Positions 17,851-30,489 of a stretch of DNA of 64,000 nt are shown piece after piece; the first letter of the stretch is position 1; each line of letters starts with the position of its first letter. The DNA comes from Amoebidium appalachense (lineage: Eukaryota; Protista; Ichthyosporea): assembly GCA_963693365.1 (NCBI GenBank), contig CAVNZM010000004.1, forward strand, positions 4,900,564-4,964,563, in the 5' to 3' direction. The notes beneath the pieces were generated by a model. The model ran no database searches and was not told the DNA's origin. It saw nothing but the letters and a program-made list of their open reading frames with translations. A program made the translations under genes and the position numbers.

Positions 17851-18127
17851 AAGGGGAAATAGACACGGGAGTCGGGTGGGATAATATGTTAAAGTGACAC
17901 ACATTATCTCCATCTCAATACCCCCAGAACCATATGGCACCTCCGTCCATGACTGCAATGCAGACCATCTAAACCACACCAATCTTGCACCAAATCTTGT
18001 CCCTGGCCACCCCACCCAAAAAAAAACAAAAAAAACCCACATGCATGAATTGAGTGAAGTGTACATGTGCGTGCATGTGGGGAATGCAGGGGGTGGGGTG
18101 GGTGGGTGGGTGTGTGGGTGGGTGGGT

Positions 18128-18169
<42 letters not shown>

Positions 18170-18940
18170 GGGGGCCCGGGGGGGGGGTACTAGGTGGGTG
18201 GTCCGTGGATTGCGTGACCCTATTGCTTGTTTGGGTTGAATGGTATGATCGTAGTGGTTGATTGTCTGTGTGTGTGTGTGCACGCGCATGTGTGTGTGCG
18301 TGTGCAAGTGTGTGCTTGTGTGGATGCCCAGGTAAACGCCCATCGGGGAGACCGAGGGGGGAGGGGGGGAGGGGGGGGGGGGGGGCATGACTAAGTACCT
18401 GATCAGGTGTAGGCTTGGGCTGATCGCTAATCTCACACGGTCCATCGGTTGTACCTGCAAGGGTAGAGCCCAGCCAAGGCAACAAGAACACAACCCGACC
18501 ATCATCCGTCTTTGGAATTAGTAGCCCCTCATTCTCGGCGCACCACTTCTTATCGAGTACGATGTGAGATCCGGCGGCGGCAATCAGGACCGGTTTCGAA
18601 TCCGGAGAGTCCATCTTGCGAACCGAATCGGCGAAATGGCCCGTTGCGTTGACCACTGCCTTGGCCCGAACCTTATACTCCTTGTTGGTAATGCGGTCGC
18701 GAATCGTGGCACCGGCAACACGTTTGGTCTCGGAATCGTGGTTGAGATCCACCTGAGAGATCGCAGAAATGAAATGCGAGGAAAATGTGAGAATGTATGT
18801 GTTGTGGCATATCTACAAATGGACTGAAAAAATCCTAACGTTTCCTCTCCTGCTTCCTATTCGCGTCCTTTTCCCACTGATCCGTACCTGCTCCCCCCCC
18901 CCCCCCCCCCTTCCCCCCCCTTCTTCCCTTTTTTAGGTTT

Positions 18941-18983
<43 letters not shown>

Positions 18984-19167
18984 GGAAAGGCGCCAAAACC
19001 CTGCGGTAAAAACACCTCAGCACCAGCCAGCTACACGGGTACCACCCAAAAGCACCGCATAAGCTAGCACAAGCGGAAAGCTCAAACAGATGTAATGACC
19101 GACGAGACCAAAAATAGGTGGATCAAAGACAACCGCATTTTGGTGGGGGGAGCCCGAAAGCGGAGGT

Positions 19168-19202
<35 letters not shown>

Positions 19203-19293
19203 GGGGGAGGAGGGGGGGGGAGGGAAGGGGAGGGGGGGGGGGGGGGTGGATAATAGAGATGGGGATGAAGAGGGTGGTAGTGGGCGTGGTGGC

Positions 19294-19325
<32 letters not shown>

Positions 19326-19556
19326 GATGTACACCACATGAAAAAAACCAAATGCATGCCCATGGCAGCCTTATGTTTTTTAACCCGTGCCCCCCCTTCC
19401 CCCCCCCCCCCCCTCCCCACACACACACACACACAAAAGGAACAAACAAAACAAAACAAACAAAAAAATAAACACGTGCGCCCCCTCCCCCCCCTCACCC
19501 CTGCCCATAGCCACCTCCACCCCTCCACTCCATTCTTCTGCCTGCACCCCTTCCGA

Positions 19557-19590
<34 letters not shown>

Positions 19591-20129
19591 AGGGGAACAA
19601 ACACACCCATATTTAAAACCTCGAAACAAAGGGTCCAGATGACAATACCAAAACCAAACCTTAAAAAGACGTAAAGAACACTATGTTCCACATCCAGGGG
19701 CCAATCAAAGAAACAAACAGCACACGTACCACTTCCGTATGGTTGACAATGGCCACCCCCCTCTCAGCCGCTGTCAGCGCCAGGGCCACGTTAAAGCGCG
19801 CATCGTCAAACTGTCCGTCATAGTACACAACACTCCCCTTTAACCCTTCCTGCATGATCACCGGAAACCTCTGAGCAGTTTCCTTGGGAGAAATGTAGTA
19901 ACTGTTTCCGATATGACGCGATCCGGAGAGGAAGTCGTAAAGTTTCAGCCCGATTACAAACTGCGGGAGATCGATTACAGAGTAGAGCGGGGTGAGAATT
20001 CCGATGGGTTTTGTGAGGTGGGGGGCCTGGGCCATCATGGTGGCACGCTCGTGGAGAGCCTCCATGACAAGGTGGAGCTGGCTTCTGCAGGGTCATAAAC
20101 GTGTTTGGTTAATAAAGAGAGAGAAAGAC

Positions 20130-20222
<93 letters not shown>

Positions 20223-20629
20223 TGTGTGTGTGCGTGTGTGCATGTTTGGGCCCGGAAGGGGGGGGGGGGGGGGGGGGACAAGGGGGACGGGAAGGTGTGC
20301 GTGTGTGTGTGTGTGCATGTGTGTGTGTATGTGGTATGTGTGTTCGGTCTGCAGCAGGGGGGAGGAACCGGGGGGGGGGAGGGGGGGGGATTGCAGAGTG
20401 CCTTTTCGGGGGGGGGGGGGGGGGGGGGATTTTTGGATGGTGTTGTGTGCAGGAGTATATGGCAAGTAGAGGCAAAATGAGTCCAGACAGGACACACACA
20501 CAAACACACATCTCTCGTCCTGTCCCCCTGTCTTGCCCCCCCCCCCCCTCCCCCCCCCCCCCGGCTCTTCCACCCATTCCCAAGCCCACCATGCATACAC
20601 AGGGACAAGCTTTGAAAAAACAACAAAGC

Positions 20630-20676
<47 letters not shown>

Positions 20677-20784
20677 AAACACACCCCCACCAACACCACC
20701 AATACTCTAGCACAACGAGGCTGTGTGCCACAGTGGGTATTTGTGTGGACAAGTAAAAAGGGGTATGGCTCTGGCAGCCCTTGT

Positions 20785-20832
<48 letters not shown>

Positions 20833-22153
20833 AGGGAGGGTGTGTGTGTGCGAGGGCAGGAGGGGGGGGGGGAGGAGAGGGGTTTCAATGCATACTTATC
20901 CAGGTTTTTGACGGCCTTTTCCAAATAGCGCACCCCTCCGTGCAGCAATTTCGTGCTTGCCCCAGAGGTGCCGGCTCCAAAATCAATCTTCTCCACCACC
21001 GCAACCTTCAGCCCGCGGGTAGCGGCGTCAAGAGCAACACCGCACCCGGTCGAACCACCACCTGTTATGTCACAGATGTTTAGATTGTTGTCAAATAAAC
21101 ATGGGTTGGTGTCACAGATGTTTAGATTGTTGTCAAATAAATATGGGTTGGTGTCTCTGCGATCCCAGCGCAGAAAGATCTGTCCCCTGTTTATGTCCTT
21201 CCCCACTTCCCCTCTCTTCAACCCGTATACAGGGGATTCTTTCTTCCCTCGAGCAGTACATTCTGTATAGGGATTGCCTGCCCTCCACCCCACCCCCCTC
21301 TCCCCCCAGACACAGACACTGGCCATCACCCTCCCCCCCCTCCCCCTTGCCCCCCTCCCCCCCCGGCCCTGGGGCCTAAAAACCACCACCCGCCCCATCC
21401 ACCCAAACTACTATATCTCAAACCCACCACACACACCGTCGCCATCTACTCTCATACATAGCCAAACGCTCAAAGGAGGACACAAAGATCGGAGGTCTCA
21501 TGATCTTAAGAAGTGTGTGATGCGAAGAGACCGCTAGTCGGAAAATTGTTCACAGCGCCGCCTCTTTAAGGCCAATGTGTGTCCTATAAATAGGTGCCGC
21601 ACGAACATCAATGTCCCCCAATAAATTCTATCCCATTGCCGTCATCACATTCCCAAGACCTACCGTCTTTGGATATCCTAATGCTCCCTGTTCCACCCCG
21701 CCTTCCCCCCCCTGCCCCCCCCCCCTCCCCCCCCCCCCCCCCCCCCCCCGTCCGATCACACACGTACAGCTCTATTCACCCAAAATTCCTAATATCTCAT
21801 GTACTCTTGCTACCACCACAGAGATGCACGGGTTTAAGCAAGCCCACTGCTATCACATTCTCGCTCAGCCCCTAACGTGTCATGCTCACATCCCACGCAC
21901 ACACACACGCACACAAAACCTTCCACCAAAAGCAGCATCACTTACCCAGCACGAGCACGTCGTATTCCTCGCCCTCCAGCTTCTTAAACATGTCCTCTCT
22001 TGTTGGCAGCTTGGGGGCTGGGGAGGTCCCTGCGCCCTTTCCTAGGTGACCCAGCTTGCTCTCCGACCCATAATACCACCAGGCAGCCGCAGATGCAACA
22101 CCAACCGTGCTAACAGCGGCTGTGCGCCTCAATAATACCCTCCACTGAGGCAT
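16866..22153 (-). CDS. GPD2: Mitochondrial FAD-dependent glycerol-3-phosphate dehydrogenase (GPD2/GUT2 family), 5 exons, ~603 aa
   Basis: Exons 22153-21946, 21061-20896, 20084-19730, 18752-18399, 17594-16866; all GT-AG, phases consistent, 1812 nt in total. Motifs: '[56 protein letters not shown]', '[10 protein letters not shown]', 'AWSGIRPL', '[13 protein letters not shown]', '[13 protein letters not shown]'. Arg-rich N-terminal targeting peptide followed by a hydrophobic anchor. Confidence 0.95.
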
Positions 22154-22432
22154 CTTCGTGTTTTTTTTGCCGAATGCAACGGGGAAAGCTGGAAAGTTTC
22201 TATTATGGTTTACGGAAAGGTGTTATATTTTTGGATGGTGAGAACAGTAAATAAACAAAAGAAACAATAGAAAGTTCTTTTGAGCCTGGACTCGTCGAGA
22301 AAAAAGTCTGCGTTTTTGGTGTTTATGAAGCGAGTGGTGTCACACGTTTCCAGTTAAAGCGGCTCATAGATCACATCCAGAAGGCGTGATATTTCGCGAA
22401 TTAAAACTCTATATACCTTTTAAAGGAATGTG

Positions 22433-22575
22433 ATTGGTGTAATATATTAAATGAACCAATCAGCTTCATATGGTTGGGTAGAGCAAAAGCCAGCAGCTAT
22501 GTCCCACAAGCGTCACGATTTTTTTGGACCTCATCTCGCCAATCAAAAAGCAGACATGGTACGCTCTAAGCCAAT
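22433..22575. promoter_or_regulatory. Cluster of CCAAT boxes upstream of GPD2
   Basis: ATTGG at 22433 and CCAAT at 22456, 22539 and 22571, 280-420 bp upstream of the ATG. Confidence 0.35.
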
Positions 22576-23282
22576 AACATCTATCAGAATCTGCCAAACA
22601 TGGTGCGTTCCTCGGCCGTTTTGGAAGCCATTTTTGTTTTTGAGTTTCCTGTTGTAGTATCACCCAAGACAGAGGAGTAAGGGCTGCAAAACTGTAAAAA
22701 GCGCATATAATACTCTATGAGGAAGCCTATTTGCACTTATTTTTGCAGCTATCTATCCTTTTATTGCCTTTGTCCCTTGCTGCAAAGCACGCGGCCTGTC
22801 CTGGAGCAGCCAATCGGATGTGTGTTGTCAGAAATTCCACACGTGATCCAGTGCACAGTTCGTTGCACCTGACACGCCCAGTGACGTCACCTCGGCGAAT
22901 TCAACTTGCATTACAACATTAACCCTCTAGCCACGCAAAGTGAGATCGCACACCACCAAGCACAGCCCACACTGTGGCGGCCAGCGCGCTTGCTAACGGG
23001 GCATTGTAGGTCCCGTTGGTACCTACCCAGCCCCCTCTTACGTTTTCTAACAAAGAAAAGTGACAACGATAAATTTATCCGGTGGAATGGAGCCGATAAA
23101 AATGGACGATCTGATTCAGGATACCCGCAGCGGCTCGGATTTGTTCCGGACACTGATTGGTGCGTAGCTACTGGGTTAAGAACAAACCCAGCTCATGGCT
23201 GGGCCAATCAAGGCGAAGCGATTGCTTCTTTGCAAAAGGGCCTTATGAAAAGATTTTTATATTTTTATAATGACTTTATTGA

Positions 23283-23858
23283 TATGCACATCACCCGCCT
23301 GTCCGCTTGTGCCCCGGACCACCCGCTCTTCCGGCTACACGCATCCCCGCCGGATTCGCCCCTCTACCTCTTCCCTTCCCCATCGTCTCTGCCCATTGCC
23401 GAGCGCTATGTGGAATGGCTGGCGACCCCCCCCCCCCCCCGGAGGTACGGCTAGATCATAGTGTGAATATGAATAGTTTCAAGTCTATGGCTGATAGATA
23501 TCTTTTTACTCTACGTGTTGAGTCCCTTCCGGTGTTAGGACCGCAAAAACACCAACTACTAGTAGCCTATATGGCGGATACGGTTAGAGAGTCTCGTTCA
23601 TACACAGATTCGTTTATTCGTAATGTGGTGTGGTGTAAAAACGCAAAGATGATTATGGCTTGGCGGTGTAATCGGTTTCTGGTGTCTCCTTCTCGTATGT
23701 GTAATATGTGTGGGGGGCGGTTTACTCGCGGCTGCATATCTATCAATAAATGCAACCTGTTAGCTAATGTATTAGAACCGGAGGTTATTGGCGGTTTTAT
23801 TCTCTTTTCTTCCTCTCTTCCTCAATATATCCGTTTTAAGATGACTGACATATACTAA
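23283..23858 (+). pseudogene. Probable 5'-truncated non-LTR retrotransposon ORF2 C-terminal fragment
   Basis: Two ORFs join at a C-homopolymer (~23426-23440): 'MHITRLSACAPDHPLFRLH...' and '...DSFIRNVVWCKNAKMIMAWRCNRFLVSPSRMCNMCGGRFTRGC...C'. The WR plus CxxC layout resembles the post-RT cysteine region of non-LTR elements. No RT core is present. Assignment is by recalled similarity only. Confidence 0.4.
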
Positions 23859-23896
23859 TCCGTCTCAGCAGATTAGCCTAAGTCTACGATCGAGAT

Positions 23897-23945
<49 letters not shown>

Positions 23946-24737
23946 CGGGTCCACAGATCATCAAGATCAAGTCCGAGGCCTCAAGATAGCTGTGCAGCTG
24001 CGTGCATCATCTTGCCTCTGCCGGCGCAGGGCAGGACCACGTCAGCTGGGACAGCCGACCAATAGAATTCTAATTAGTGTGTAGGATAGATCGTAGGAGG
24101 ACTTAGGAATGTGATTGTTCGGGCAGAAGCCCTTTTGTAAGTATTGGCAAGGTTTGATAGTGTATGTTGCCAAACGTACTATTTATATATTTAGATGTAG
24201 AGGAAAGGGGGGAGGGAGGGGGGGGGGGAGGATAGTATGAAATGTAGATTTAGACTCTGCGGTGCCACTAGGGGGAGGGTGAGGGGTGAGACATGGATAA
24301 ATATATTAGTTGAGTAGATCGACTTAGCTCGTGCAGGCGCACAATAAAAGTAGATCGGAATGTTTGGAATGTGGCATCGTAGGGGGCCAGGTGATGATGA
24401 TCTTTGAGGGCACGGCCTTGATGGCCTCAGTTGTAACTTAGTCTCATTCGTACGGATCTAAGTTTGCACGTCGGAGCCTGGTCTGAATAAACTTTACCGT
24501 TTTTCCGTACACGTTCGTTCCTTTTCGTGTGTGTACACTTAGTAGAGTGCCGCGTCTCTAGTACATATACATTAGGATACGACAAGCTACACCTTTCTTT
24601 TAGTGCGGTTTTTCGCGCTAGGGTAACGCGGTGACAGTTCCTTCTGGGCTGTTGCTACACCTCAAACACACAGAAAAAAAAAACAAAAAAAACAAAAAAA
24701 AACATCAAACACAACCACACGAGTTCGGGCACACACC

Positions 24738-26025
24738 GCAAAGAAGGCGTCCTCCTTCTTTCTATATTTGGTAATACAAGTCTATACAGAGAGAAATATA
24801 CCGTTATGGCCATCTACAAGTAATGGCCACGTGCTAATACACTCTCTCCCTTTGTGATCGATAACTCTTCTGAGCGCGAGCTCAGAGCCCTGTTCGACCG
24901 ATTATCGAGCCAAGATGACATCACAATGACGTACATTCCATTGTTCGCAAAACCCAGTCATCTTAGAATTCGAATTTCCCAATAAGTCTAATTAGATCGT
25001 GCCGGAGATGATTTTGAATATTTTCGAATGTAAATATATTTATATATAAGTCGTCCTTATCCTGGTGATATGAGATGCCATGACCTGAGAGATAATGTAG
25101 AATATTGTATTATTCTTATCAGTGCCAAGCTTCGTCATCTTCTTCTTAGAATATTCCTGATTCTTCTTAGTGTAACTTTTAGTGTAACCTTCTTGCACGT
25201 TGGTGCGTACTCAATTTCTATTGGCTATCGTAATCTATGCCCCGAGTATATAAATCGCCACATGCATTCAGTCATTCAGTCCAGTCAACTTGATCAGTCA
25301 GTCCGAGTCATTCAGTCCAGTCAACTTGATCAGTCAGTCCGAGTCACAGCCAGCCAAGTTCCTCTACCCCCATGGCCAAGTACAGCAGCTTCAAGACGTC
25401 ACTGCAAGGCTTCAAGGAGAAGTGTCCTCAACATGCAACAGCGAGACTCTGGCTATGACTATAACACTGTGACTGTACACTTCTACATGTTAGACTACAG
25501 TACTCTATTCTTTTCTTTCGTTCTCACAAGTTATATTTCGAATTTACATGCATAGATAAATTGAATATAAATAGATTACTCTCACTTCTGGTCATGAAAT
25601 ACAGCTAAGGAAAAATGGGTATAAGAGTTCACACTCTTATCCAGCCACGTTGGTAGAGTGTATTGCGCACACTCACGCGGCTAGCCTTTCCTAGTAGATA
25701 GCTGAATAAACGTTCCAAGTAAGGCTAATAACTAACTAATAATTGCTCGCTCTTACTTCTGCTTCTTTGCATATCTGCATGTTTACTAGGTGCCACACAT
25801 AACACAAACACGTACATTTTAACCTCTTGACGCGCATGAGAACATACACAGCACACACAAATATGTGGTTATACTATGCCCAGCACTCTTATCACACGCT
25901 TCCACAAACACGCTTCCACACACCTCCCATAAACAGTAGCACAAAACATAACCACGTGCCAGTGTAGCCATGTGCGTGAGCAGTGGGCTCTAGCCATAAG
26001 ACAGACAAAGGGCCCCGCCTTTAGG
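24738..26025 (+). repeat. 5' LTR (1288 bp) of the nested element
   Basis: Near-identical to 27950-29142 plus an extra 95 bp (25041-25135). Contains ATTGG (25220), TATATAAA (25247) and a 36-bp tandem duplication. Confidence 0.92.
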
Positions 26026-26045
26026 TGGTAGCAGAGAATGGTTTC
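26026..26045 (+). other. Primer binding site complementary to the 3' end of initiator tRNA-Met
   Basis: TGGTAGCAGAGAATGGTTTC, one mismatch from the eukaryotic tRNAi-Met complement TGGTAGCAGAGGATGGTTTC. Confidence 0.9.
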
Positions 26046-27949
26046 TATGTTGAGGTTCCGTCCACAGCACTTTCCTGTGACACGTGTTCACCCGTGTGCG
26101 CGCGATCGATACTATACGGCCAGACTGATTGCGACAGTCGAAAATGAGATCGATCGATAGTAGCATGCAGTGAAGCTTTACAAACCACAGTTCGAAAACA
26201 AAAACAGAACATAACGAAACGTTGAGTGACTTTCGCACACATGATTGTTCTAAAAATTATGTTATCTGTTTACTCGAAACGTTTCGAAAATATACTTCTA
26301 CGCGTCGAACACGTGAGAGCGTCACACACTCTGTACGCGAGTCCGTGCGCGATCGTCGATTGGCTGTATGGTTACCCAATCGCAAACTTCGCAAATATTC
26401 CAACAATCTATTTTGATTCCTAATATAGATATGCTAGCGATTGAATCGGATTGGTTCCCTGAACAGCATTCCATACATTCCTTACGAGATTCAATTGTTC
26501 AGTCGGCCCCTTATTGCCGTATTCAATCTACGGTACGTCTCCGAATACACTAACTATAATACTACAATCGGTCAGGTAAGGTTGTTATTGAATTCACACA
26601 ATAGCAGAATATTATTATTTATACTCATATACACTTTTATGCCCGCTTGAATATTCCTGCACTTGCATTGATAGGTTGTATCACATGAATATGCCAGCCA
26701 GCCAGAAGTTGTAATTGCATGCACAACAGAAAGTTGGTAGACCCGCAGGTTGCTGCAAAACCTGGTACCTGGAGTGTCCCAGCATAAGGTAACACATTTC
26801 TCAGTTTTGCTTGCTGCTTTCTATTTTGCCCTATTATTGTTTTGCATCCCATGTTGCATTGTGCCGGTGATTCTCTTGGGCGTTGGGTGTCATATGAGTG
26901 AATGATACCATCAATGGTTAAGTCCCCGTTGACCGCCCTCCAAGTGCTTTTCTGGGGTCATTTATATAAAGCCCTTTTGCATGTCCACCAATGTGTGTGT
27001 TCGGCCATGTAATTGATGCTCATAATTGGAAATTTATTTAAGTAAGTGTCTAGGTTCTCTACGAGAAAACGAGGCTCCCGGGGTCGGAGATGAAATACTT
27101 ACACATACAAGTTTTGCTATCAAACATCACTATATCCAACATACATGCAAGCTACACATAAATTACATGGATAATATCATCATTGATAAGTTTGATGAGA
27201 TAGCTTTCACCTCCAGATATTCTTATATCGACCTGCTGGCATGGTGATGCCCACAAGTGGTGCGTAGCGTCAACATCCAGCGCGAGCACATCAAGGTTAC
27301 GAGGGAAGGACCTTGTATGGAATTCCCTCACACTTACAACCGCCGCATTTGCTAGCGAACGGCCATACTCATCCAAACCAGTTGTGCCCTGCTGTACACG
27401 CGGGAACAAGCGCACTGTACCTCAGATTTCAATGATATTCAGTGACTTTCATTTCTATGTATCTGCATGGCAAGATCGATGTCATGTCTGTTAACAAACA
27501 CAATTAAGCTTGTACTTCCAATCCTCAAGCCTATACCATATATATTTCGTGCTCATGTGATGATATTCACAACACTTACTGCCGAAAAAATATAAGTGTG
27601 TCCCTTCTGGCATATATCTACCTCATGGAAAGCCACAGAGACAATTCGCGTTTATAACGCATATATGGGTCGACTCCGTTCAACCTGGAGCAACAAGTCC
27701 AATACAAAAACGACACTAAGTCTTATACACCTTCTAGTCGTTCAACAATTTAAATGTATGTATGAACTACTCAAATCCATAAAAAATTACCTAGCACCCG
27801 CGCATATCTATTATATCCAAAGCTTTACACATATGCATTGTGCATGATCATACGAAACTCAACACAATAACCCAAAAGTCGGACACCTTCATTCATCCTT
27901 CCCTGAAACAAATAGGTGTGCCGAGGACGTCACACGTCAGACGGGGGTC

Positions 27950-29142
27950 GCAAAGAAGGCGTCCTCCTTCTTTCTATATTTGGTAATACAAGTCTATACA
28001 GAGAGAAATATACCGTTATGGCCATCTACAAGTAATGGCCACGTGCTAATACACTCTCTCCCTTTGTGATCGATAACTCTTCTGAGCGCGAGCTCAGAGC
28101 CCTGTTCGACCGATTATCGAGCCAAGATGACATCACAATGACGTACATTCCATTGTTCGCAAAACCCAGTCATCTTAGAATTCGAATTTCCCAATAAGTC
28201 TAATTAGATCGTGCCGGAGATGATTTTGAATATTTTCGAATGTAAATATATTCATCTTCTTCTTAGAATATTCCTGATTCTTCTTAGTGTAACTTTTAGT
28301 GTAACCTTCTTGCACGTTGGTGCGTACTCAATTTCTATTGGCTATCGTAATCTATGCCCCGAGTATATAAATCGCCACATGCATTCAGTCATTCAGTCCA
28401 GTCAACTTGATCAGTCAGTCCGAGTCATTCAGTCCAGTCAACTTGATCAGTCAGTCCGAGTCACAGCCAGCCAAGTTCCTCTACCCCCATGGCCAAGTAC
28501 AGCAGCTTCAAGACGTCACTGCAAGGCTTCAAGGAGAAGTGTCCTCAACATGCAACAGCGAGACTCTGGCTATGACTATAACACTGTGACTGTACACTTC
28601 TACATGTTAGACTACAGTACTCTATTCTTTTCTTTCGTTCTCACAAGTTATATTTCGAATTTACATGCATAGATAAATTGAATATAAATAGATATACTCT
28701 CACTTCTGGTCATGAAATACAGCTAAGGAAAAATGGGTATAAGAGTTCACACTCTTATCCAGCCACGTTGGTAGAGTGTATTGCGCACACTCACGCGGCT
28801 AGCCTTTCCTAGTAGATAGCTGAATAAACGTTCCAAGTAAGGCTAATAACTAACTAATAATTGCTCGCTCTTACTTCTGCTTCTTTGCATATCTGCATGT
28901 TTACTAGGTGCCACACATAACACAAACACGTACATTTTAACCTCTTGACGCGCATGAGACATACACAGCACACACAAATATGTGGTTATACTATGCCCAG
29001 CACTCTTATCACACGCTTCCACAAACACGCTTCCACACACCTCCCATAAACAGTAGCACAAAACATAACCACGTGCCAGTGTAGCCATGTGCGTGAGCAG
29101 TGGGCTCTAGCCATAAGACAGACAAAGGGCCCCGCCTTTAGG
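27950..29142 (+). repeat. 3' LTR (1193 bp) of the nested element
   Basis: Direct repeat of the 5' LTR. By eye it differs by one 95-bp indel and two 1-bp indels. Confidence 0.92.
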
Positions 29143-29152
29143 ACACCACACA

Positions 29153-30489
29153 ATGGCTAAGTTTAACGTAGACATGTTCTACGCATTGGCAGCGGAGAAT
29201 AGCTCCCTGCACACACAGGTACCACAGGTTCATACACTAGACGTTAGACAGACCACAGCTTTCAGTTTTGCACTCAAACACGACTCGGAAATACCTAGGT
29301 GGCTTAGGACACTCCTAGCTAACACACCCACACTAGTGTTAGACACAAAGAAGGCCCCCACTGTGGCGGCCTCGTGCTTAATGATCAAACAGTGCATCGA
29401 CCACAAAACAATGGCCGACTTATGCACCCTGATGGAGGAGCACCCGTACCGGGCCGAGCAGGCCCCCCAGGTGACGGCTCGTATATACGAGCAGCAGTAC
29501 GACGAGGGGAGGGACGAGATGCCATGTGGTGTCCCGGACACTCGGCCAGAAACGTCTGGCCGCACGGTTCATCCCCGACGACGAGGACGAGAACAGCACC
29601 GACGACGTGGACGGGGAGCTCGAGGCCTTCACACGGCCGGAAAACGAGCTCGAGTATACGGCCCGGCTCGTCGGCCGATACCTGAGGGCCGACCGGCGCC
29701 GTACCTTCCGGGCCCAGCTCAGAGAATGGAAGTATACCTTATTTAGATATGTCCCCCGTAGAAGCTCGTGCATTCTTTGAGAGGGAATATCGGGTCTTTG
29801 AAGACCTTTGTGAGTTAGCTGGTGACGTGAGTGATAGGGAAAAATTCGAGTTTGCTCATAAGGCTCTCTCAGTAAACACAGACACTGCACGCATGTTTGG
29901 GGAGCATGATGATGTAGATGAGGTGGTGTTGCATGTTAAACGTCACTTGCTTGCCATGCACGAGGTGAAGTTCAATAAGAGAGATAAAAAGGAGGTGATG
30001 GAAGTAGACAAGAAAAAGAAGGGGAGTGGACAGAAGGGGGAAAAAGAGAAAAAAGAGGGTGAACAGCCAGATGCACTCACCATGTTGGTCAAGCAGGTTG
30101 CCGAGCTCTCCCAGGCCGTCTTTTCTGGCCGAGGGGGCTTCGGCTTCCGGGGTGGCCGTGGCGGCGACCGGGGTGGACACGGCGGTCGGGGCCGAGGTGG
30201 ACGTGGAGGACAACAGCAGCAGTTCACCGAGAGGTTTGCCCCTTATCTTGCTCGTGGTGGTGGGCAGGGTAGAGGGAGGGGTGGAAATGGTGGTGAGAGA
30301 GGCCGAGGGGGGCAGGGGGGAAGGGGGGGCCGTGGTGCACACGGTGGGCCCCCCCAGCATGACCGGGCTCCCGGTTATGCTTTGCGCCAAGGTTTTGAAG
30401 TCCCCCCTGGCCCCTTCTTTGGTGCATGTTACTTTTGTGGCCGGCAAGGGCACTCTGCTGCATATTGCCGTAGTTACAAGAGCTATTGA
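29153..30489 (+). pseudogene. gag: Gypsy gag (two frameshifts near 29520 and 29755) with an RGG-rich nucleocapsid region and a CCHC zinc knuckle
   Basis: ORFs 29153-, 29526- and 29749-30489 overlap into one gag. Zinc knuckle 'CYFCGRQGHSAAYC'. Confidence 0.8.

Larger units (their letters stand above)
24738..29142 (+). mobile_element. Non-autonomous LTR retroelement (two LTRs plus a 1.9-kb non-coding interior), nested in the Gypsy leader
   Basis: Direct repeats at 24738-26025 and 27950-29142; PBS right after the 5' LTR; purine tract AGACGGGGG (27939-27947) before the 3' LTR; 5-bp target duplication ACACC (24733-24737 and 29143-29147). No long internal ORF. Confidence 0.92.

Noticed and set aside
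25070-25555. 161-aa ORF duplicated at 28211-28672
   Set aside because: It lies inside the LTRs across the TATA box and a 36-bp tandem repeat. The duplication is explained by the LTR pair and there are no protein motifs.
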